Source: an uncultured Parvibaculaceae bacterium
Lineage (GTDB): Bacteria > Pseudomonadota > Alphaproteobacteria > CGMCC-115125
Direction of reading: 5' to 3'
DNA: 24,000 bases
Assembly (NCBI GenBank): GCA_964511745.1
Contig: CAZEHX010000002.1
Coordinates: 61,846 to 85,845, forward strand
The position numbers and the translations under genes were made by a program. Positions 19,072 to 24,000 of the stretch are shown piece after piece. Every line of letters begins with the position of its first letter. The stretch's first letter is position 1. Below the pieces are notes generated by a model, which searched no databases, was not told the origin of the DNA, and saw only the letters and a list, made by a program, of their open reading frames with translations.

Positions 19072-19623
19072 ATGACCACAGCGTTGATCCGTTCACGGAC
19101 AATGACTTTTTCTGACGGCACCGCAGGCCGCGCCATGAAGATGGCGATTGCGGGTTTTGCAGCGCTGTTGTTGGCTGCTTGCGGCTCTGATCCTGAAGAA
19201 CCTGCAGTGCGCGCCACGACGGCACCTGCGGCTGCACCGTCTGGTCCGACACCGGGCACGCAGCAGGATCTTGTGGTCAATGTGGGCGACCGGGTGTTCT
19301 TTGACACGGACCAGTCATCATTGCGTGCGGATGCACGGGCAACATTGCAGCGGCAGGCTGCATGGATGAACCAGTATCCGAACATCAAGGTGAATCTTGA
19401 AGGCCATGCCGATGAACGCGGCACGCGCGAATACAACCTTGCGCTTGGTGCCCGTCGCGCCAACTCCGCCAAGGATTATCTGGTGAGCCTTGGCGTTCAG
19501 CCGGCCCGCATCCAGACGATTTCATTCGGCAAGGAACGCCCTGTGGCGCTTTGCTCGGATGAAAGCTGCTGGGCGCAGAACCGCCGCGCTGTCACGGTTG
19601 TGACGATGGGTGCAGGCTCCTAG
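19072..19623 (+). CDS. pal: Peptidoglycan-associated lipoprotein Pal (OmpA-like)
   Basis: The track ORF 18943..19623 is over-extended. It has a lipobox LLLAAC. The OmpA-C domain includes VFFDTDQSSLRADARATLQRQAAWM, LEGHADERGTREYNLALGARRANSAKDYL, ISFGKERP and NRRAVTV. The ATG at 19072 has AGGAG 10 nt upstream. The ATG at 19135 (MKMAIAGFAALLLAAC) is an alternative start with a more canonical short signal peptide. Confidence 0.9.
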   Translation: MTTALIRSRTMTFSDGTAGRAMKMAIAGFAALLLAACGSDPEEPAVRATTAPAAAPSGPTPGTQQDLVVNVGDRVFFDTDQSSLRADARATLQRQAAWMNQYPNIKVNLEGHADERGTREYNLALGARRANSAKDYLVSLGVQPARIQTISFGKERPVALCSDESCWAQNRRAVTVVTMGAGS

Positions 19624-19652
19624 AGGGCTGGTGCATCGCAGAATGAACGAGA

Positions 19653-19683
19653 GGGCGCGCATCCAGTCGGTGCGCGCCCTTTT
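19653..19683 (+). terminator. Rho-independent terminator downstream of pal
   Basis: GGGCGCGCA (19653-19661), a 9-nt loop, then TGCGCGCCC (19671-19679) form a perfect 9-bp GC-rich stem. TTTT follows at 19680-19683. Confidence 0.75.
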
Positions 19684-19764
19684 GACTCGACAGACATTTA
19701 CCACCGACCAGCGGCCATTGCGCGACGCCTCAATTTAGCCAAGCTTATCGCGTGATTTGCTCCC

Positions 19765-20769
19765 ATGAGATGCTCCATGTTCAAACGCACCCATGCCATT
19801 GCCCTCGTGTTGCCGCTGGCCATTGCCACGCTTGGTGGCAGCGCTGCTGTCGTGATGCCTGCGCAAGCACAGCAGTCCGTGACGGATCCGCGCGCGATTT
19901 ATGACCGGCTGTTGCGGCTGGAGCGCGACCTGCAGGATGTGCAGCGCAGCGTCTATCAAGGCGGTAGTGCGCCTGCGGGGCTTGAAGGAGTGGCGGACCT
20001 TGATGCCACCCAGGCGGCGCGAGTGTCGCTGCGGCTGGACCAGATTGAAGCCTCTCTGCGGGACATGACCGGTCAGGTGGAGCGGTTGCAGTTTGAACTG
20101 CGGCAGGCCAACCAGAAACTTGAGAATTTTGCCGCTGACACCGATTTCCGGCTGCGCGACCTTGAAAGCACGGGGGGCGGTGAGCCGCGCCAGCAGCGTG
20201 CACCGATTGCTTCGAATGAAGCGCCGGCACCGCTGCCATCTGGTGAAAAGCCTTTGACGGCGGGTCAGCAGGCCACCATTGGCACGCTTGGATCCATGTC
20301 GGCAGGAGCCGCGGCCTCGGCGGCACCGGTGTTGACGCCGCCAAAGCAGATCGCATCGGCCGCTTCGACGGGCTTGCCTGAGGGCGGGCCGGACGATGCC
20401 TACAAATATGCGATGAGCTTCCTGCGGCAGGGTGATTATGCGTCGGCGGAAGCTGCGTTCTCGCAATTTCTCGGCAGCTATGGTGACACAAGCCTTGCGG
20501 GCAACGCCCAGTACTGGCTCGGCGAAACCTATTATGTGCGCGAGCAATATCAGGATGCGGCGCGGGCCTTTTTGCTGGGCTACCAGAAATATTCATCCAG
20601 CCCGAAGGCACCTGACAGCCTGTTGAAGCTTGGTATCACACTGGCAGCTCTGGGCCAGAAGCAAGATGCCTGCCTGACGCTTTCGGAAGTGTCGCGGACA
20701 TTTCCCGGTGCCCCGCAAAGCGTGAAGCTGCGTGCCGAGCAGGAGCGTGACCGCGCCGGTTGCGTTTAA
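19765..20769 (+). CDS. cpoB: Tol-Pal system protein CpoB/YbgF
   Basis: 334-aa ORF with signal peptide ALVLPLAIATLGGSAAVVMPAQA-QQ. The N-terminal coiled coil has LLRLERDLQDVQRS and VERLQFELRQANQKLE. The C-terminal TPR block has YKYAMSFLRQGDYASAEAAFSQFL, NAQYWLGETYYVREQYQDAARAF and APDSLLKLGITLAALGQKQDAC. An ATG at 19777 is an alternative start. Confidence 0.88.
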   Translation: MRCSMFKRTHAIALVLPLAIATLGGSAAVVMPAQAQQSVTDPRAIYDRLLRLERDLQDVQRSVYQGGSAPAGLEGVADLDATQAARVSLRLDQIEASLRDMTGQVERLQFELRQANQKLENFAADTDFRLRDLESTGGGEPRQQRAPIASNEAPAPLPSGEKPLTAGQQATIGTLGSMSAGAAASAAPVLTPPKQIASAASTGLPEGGPDDAYKYAMSFLRQGDYASAEAAFSQFLGSYGDTSLAGNAQYWLGETYYVREQYQDAARAFLLGYQKYSSSPKAPDSLLKLGITLAALGQKQDACLTLSEVSRTFPGAPQSVKLRAEQERDRAGCV

Positions 20770-20774
20770 GCACC

Positions 20775-22091
20775 ATGGGTGCGGCGACACATAGCCTTAA
20801 ATTTGACGACCTGATTGCGCCATTCGGTTTCATGCCGGACGACGCTTTGGCTGTTGCTGTGTCCGGTGGTCCGGACTCAATGGCACTTTTGCTGTTGGCG
20901 GCAGAGGAAGCCAGGCGCAGTGGACGTAAACTGCATGCGCTGACGGTGGATCATGGATTGCGGGCAGCGGCAAAGGACGAAGCTGCGCAGGTGGCCGGTT
21001 GGGCGCGGGCGCTTGGCGTACCGCATACGATCCTGAGTTGGGATGGAGATGTGCCGCGCGCCGATATTCAGGCGCAGGCGCGGGGCATTCGTTATGCGCT
21101 GATGGGTGAGTGGTGCCGCGACAACAAAATGGCGGCGCTGCTTGTGGCACACACCCGTGATGATCAGGCGGAGACGTTCTTGTTGCGGCTTGGGCGTGGT
21201 AGCGGGGTGGACGGGCTTGCCGCAATGTCACCCGACGTGATGCGCGACGGGCTGCGGATCGCGCGACCGTTGCTGAATGTGCCGCGTGCGGCTTTGCTGG
21301 GCGTGCTGGCGCAGGGCGGTCAGGATTTTGTCACTGATCCATCCAATGCAGATACCCGGCATGCACGGGTACGGATGCGGGCGTTGGCACCAGCGCTGGA
21401 AGCAGAGGGGCTGACGGCACAGCGGCTGGCGGAAACGGCAATGCGCATGGCGACGGCGCGCGATGCGTTGGAAGGCTGGACGCGGTCGCATCTGGCGCGT
21501 GCTGCTGTGTTTCATGCGGGCGGTTATGGCTATGTGGACCGCGACATATTGCTGGAGGCACCGCAGGAGATCCGACTGCGGGCGCTGGCGCGGCTGGTGG
21601 TGGCGGTTACAGGAAATAAGTATCCACCACGTCTGCACCATACGCGGGCTTTGCTTGCGCGGTTGGAGGATGCCGCATTTTCGGGAGCGACATTGGCCGG
21701 CGCGCGTATTGCGGCTCATGGCGGGCGGCTTTTGTTCTTTCGTGAGGCGCGGGCCATCAATGCGTCTGTCCCGCTGGGTGGGATGACTCCGATTTTGTGG
21801 GATGGGCGGTTTGAGCTTGTGGGACCGCGCGGCGGGCTTGATGCGATTGTTGGACCTTTGGGTGCAAAAGGCTGGCGGCAGGTGCGCGATCAAGTGCCGC
21901 AGTTAAGCATACCGGCAGCCGTTGGTGCCTGCCTGCCGGCGCTTTATGCGGGAGAGAAACTGGTGGAAGTGCCGCATCTGGGCGTGCGGACGGATGGCGG
22001 TGAAGCGCTGTTCGCTGCGGCTTTTGTCGGTCCCATGCGTGCGGGACTGGTGGCGGCGCCCATTTTGGCAGACATTTCCACACAGCCATGA
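20775..22091 (+). CDS. tilS: tRNA(Ile)-lysidine synthetase
   Basis: ORF 20760..22091. The track start is a TTG overlapping cpoB. The ATG at 20775 lies 6 nt after the cpoB stop. It has the PP-loop AVAVSGGPDSMALL, then VDHGLR, LLVAHTRDDQAETFLLRLGRGSG and DPSN. Confidence 0.88.
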   Translation: MGAATHSLKFDDLIAPFGFMPDDALAVAVSGGPDSMALLLLAAEEARRSGRKLHALTVDHGLRAAAKDEAAQVAGWARALGVPHTILSWDGDVPRADIQAQARGIRYALMGEWCRDNKMAALLVAHTRDDQAETFLLRLGRGSGVDGLAAMSPDVMRDGLRIARPLLNVPRAALLGVLAQGGQDFVTDPSNADTRHARVRMRALAPALEAEGLTAQRLAETAMRMATARDALEGWTRSHLARAAVFHAGGYGYVDRDILLEAPQEIRLRALARLVVAVTGNKYPPRLHHTRALLARLEDAAFSGATLAGARIAAHGGRLLFFREARAINASVPLGGMTPILWDGRFELVGPRGGLDAIVGPLGAKGWRQVRDQVPQLSIPAAVGACLPALYAGEKLVEVPHLGVRTDGGEALFAAAFVGPMRAGLVAAPILADISTQP

Positions 22092-22258
22092 GGGCTAACT
22101 AGCTGGATTACAAAGGATGCTTAAGGGTGATTGGAATAACTCTAAGCACTGGTAATCCTTTCTTGGCTGCCTATCTTCCAATATGCTGACACACAGCCAG
22201 AAAACCTGCGTATTTTCCCGTTTTTGCGGGGGCGTATGCTCAGAAGGACCAAAACCCT

Positions 22259-24000
22259 GTGAATAATTTCCGCAATTTCGCACTCTGGGTCATTTTGCTG
22301 CTGCTCGTTGTAGCGCTGTTCAATTTGTTCCAGTCGCCCACCCAGCAGGCTTCGGCCAGCGACATCTCCTTTTCGCAGCTTCTTGCGGAAGCCGATGCGG
22401 GCAGTATTGCGGATGTGACGATCCAGGGTGAGAAAATCACCGGCAGCTATTCTGACGGCCGGACCTTCACCACCTACGCGCCGCCGAATTCCAATGTTAC
22501 CGAGCGCCTGTATGAGCGCGGTGTGACGATTTCAGCGCGACCGACCAGTTCTGACTCGCCAACACTGCTGAGCGTGCTGGTGTCGTGGTTCCCGATGCTG
22601 CTGCTGATCGCTGTATGGATTTTCTTCATGCGGCAGATGCAGGGCGGCGGCGGCAAGGCCATGGGCTTTGGCAAGTCGAAAGCGAAGCTTTTGACCGAAC
22701 GGCATGGCCGCGTGACTTTCGACGACGTGGCGGGCGTGGATGAGGCCAAGGACGACCTGCAGGAAATTGTCGAGTTTCTGAAAGACCCGCAGAAGTTTCA
22801 GCGGCTTGGTGGACGTATCCCCAAGGGTGCGCTTCTCGTGGGCCCTCCGGGTACCGGTAAAACGCTGATTGCGCGTGCTGTTGCGGGCGAAGCGAATGTG
22901 CCGTTCTTCACGATTTCGGGGTCCGACTTCGTGGAAATGTTCGTGGGCGTCGGCGCCAGCCGCGTGCGCGACATGTTTGAACAGGCGAAGAAGAATGCGC
23001 CGTGCATCATCTTCATTGATGAAATCGACGCCGTTGGCCGCCACCGTGGTGCGGGCCTTGGCGGCGGCAATGACGAGCGCGAGCAGACCCTCAACCAGCT
23101 GCTGGTTGAGATGGACGGCTTTGAAGCCAATGAAGGCGTCATCCTGATCGCTGCAACCAACCGGCCGGACGTGCTGGACCCTGCGCTGTTGCGGCCGGGC
23201 CGCTTCGACCGTCAAGTGGTTGTTCCCAATCCGGACATCATCGGCCGCGAAAAGATCCTCAAGGTGCATATGCGCAAGGTGCCGCTGGCACCAGATGTGA
23301 ACCCGCGCACGATTGCGCGCGGCACGCCGGGCTTCTCCGGCGCTGATCTTGCGAACCTCGTCAATGAAGCTGCATTGCTGGCAGCACGGCGGGCGAAGCG
23401 CATGGTGACCATGTCTGAATTTGAAGACGCCAAGGACAAGGTGATGATGGGTGCGGAACGCCGCTCCATGGTGATGTCCGAGGACGAGAAGAAGCTGACC
23501 GCCTATCACGAAGGCGGGCACGCGCTGGTAGCACTCAACGTGCCGTCGACCGACCCGATCCACAAGGCGACGATCATTCCGCGCGGACGTGCGCTAGGCA
23601 TGGTCATGCAGCTGCCTGAGGGCGACAAGCTTTCCATGAGCCGTCAGGAAATGACGTCGCGCATGGCGATCCTGATGGGCGGCCGCGTGGCGGAAGAAGT
23701 GGTGTTCGGCCATGATGCGGTAACAGCAGGTGCTGGCTCCGATATTGAGCAGGCAACCAAGCTGGCGCGCAACATGGTGACCCGCTGGGGTATGTCCGAC
23801 AAGCTGGGCCCGCTGGCCTTTGGCGAAAACCAGGAAGAAGTGTTTCTGGGCCATTCGGTAGCGCGCAACCAGAACATGTCGGAAGAGACTGCCCGGCAGA
23901 TTGACGCTGAAGTGACGCGGCTGGTGAAGGAAGGCCATGGAGAGGCCACACGTATCCTTACCGAGAAGCGTGACCAGCTTGAAATCATCGGGCAGGGCCT
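22259..24000 (+). CDS. ftsH: ATP-dependent zinc metalloprotease FtsH (5' part, runs off the right edge)
   Basis: Absent from the plus-strand ORF track because it has no stop in the window. My translation from the GTG at 22259 reads (M)[24 protein letters not shown], with a second TM at [26 protein letters not shown]. It has Walker A GPPGTGKT, Walker [10 protein letters not shown] and [23 protein letters not shown]. The zinc site HEGGHAL (23507-) is in frame. There is no in-frame ATG between the upstream stop at 22187 and 22259. Confidence 0.93.
   Translation, partial: MNNFRNFALWVILLLLVVALFNLFQSPTQQASASDISFSQLLAEADAGSIADVTIQGEKITGSYSDGRTFTTYAPPNSNVTERLYERGVTISARPTSSDSPTLLSVLVSWFPMLLLIAVWIFFMRQMQGGGGKAMGFGKSKAKLLTERHGRVTFDDVAGVDEAKDDLQEIVEFLKDPQKFQRLGGRIPKGALLVGPPGTGKTLIARAVAGEANVPFFTISGSDFVEMFVGVGASRVRDMFEQAKKNAPCIIFIDEIDAVGRHRGAGLGGGNDEREQTLNQLLVEMDGFEANEGVILIAATNRPDVLDPALLRPGRFDRQVVVPNPDIIGREKILKVHMRKVPLAPDVNPRTIARGTPGFSGADLANLVNEAALLAARRAKRMVTMSEFEDAKDKVMMGAERRSMVMSEDEKKLTAYHEGGHALVALNVPSTDPIHKATIIPRGRALGMVMQLPEGDKLSMSRQEMTSRMAILMGGRVAEEVVFGHDAVTAGAGSDIEQATKLARNMVTRWGMSDKLGPLAFGENQEEVFLGHSVARNQNMSEETARQIDAEVTRLVKEGHGEATRILTEKRDQLEIIGQG

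Noticed and set aside
19735-20611. Minus-strand ORFs of 270 aa and 276 aa
   Set aside because: They are antisense to cpoB/ybgF. They have Arg/Pro/Ala-rich nonsense composition.
22532-23563. 343-aa minus-strand ORF
   Set aside because: It is antisense to the AAA+/protease core of ftsH, whose plus-strand frame carries Walker A, Walker B, SRH and HEGGH motifs. It is an artefact.
1-24000. Search for mobile elements, integrases, toxin-antitoxin pairs, defence systems, tRNA or rRNA genes
   Set aside because: I found none. Every sizeable ORF with protein-like sequence is accounted for by housekeeping functions. The only compositionally foreign patch (5.7-6.5 kb) has no recombinase and no flanking repeats that I could see.

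Overview
This window looks like conserved chromosomal core from a high-GC, alphaproteobacterium-like genome. My hand counts give about 60-62% G+C in genes. Nearly all of it is housekeeping genes.

Left to right, the minus strand carries the 5' end of efp, then an apparent operon gap-pgk-fba(class I)-thiE-Sel1 repeat protein. A short low-GC insert follows, with two small membrane-protein genes on the plus strand, and then tkt on the minus strand.

From about 8.9 kb everything is on the plus strand:
- a ZauP-like coiled-coil gene, zapA, a strong 6S RNA (ssrS) candidate and 5-formyl-THF cyclo-ligase
- a YmdB-family phosphoesterase, yebC, ruvC, ruvA and ruvB
- the full Tol-Pal cluster ybgC-tolQ-tolR-tolA-[extra gene]-tolB-pal-cpoB, then tilS and the 5' 1.7 kb of ftsH

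I see no CRISPR array, transposase, integrase, tRNA or rRNA, and no recognisable defence, toxin or secretion island.

The most unusual item is a separate 136-aa gene between tolA and tolB. It encodes a signal peptide fused to a second copy of the TolA C-terminal domain, about two-thirds identical to TolA's own by my hand alignment. Other points worth a second look:
- the low-GC two-gene insert splitting tkt from gap-pgk-fba
- the unannotated 6S RNA candidate
- the TonB-like (Glu-Pro)n linker of TolA
- thiE and a secreted Sel1 protein coupled to the end of the glycolytic operon

The many long antisense ORFs in the track are typical high-GC artefacts, and I rejected them.
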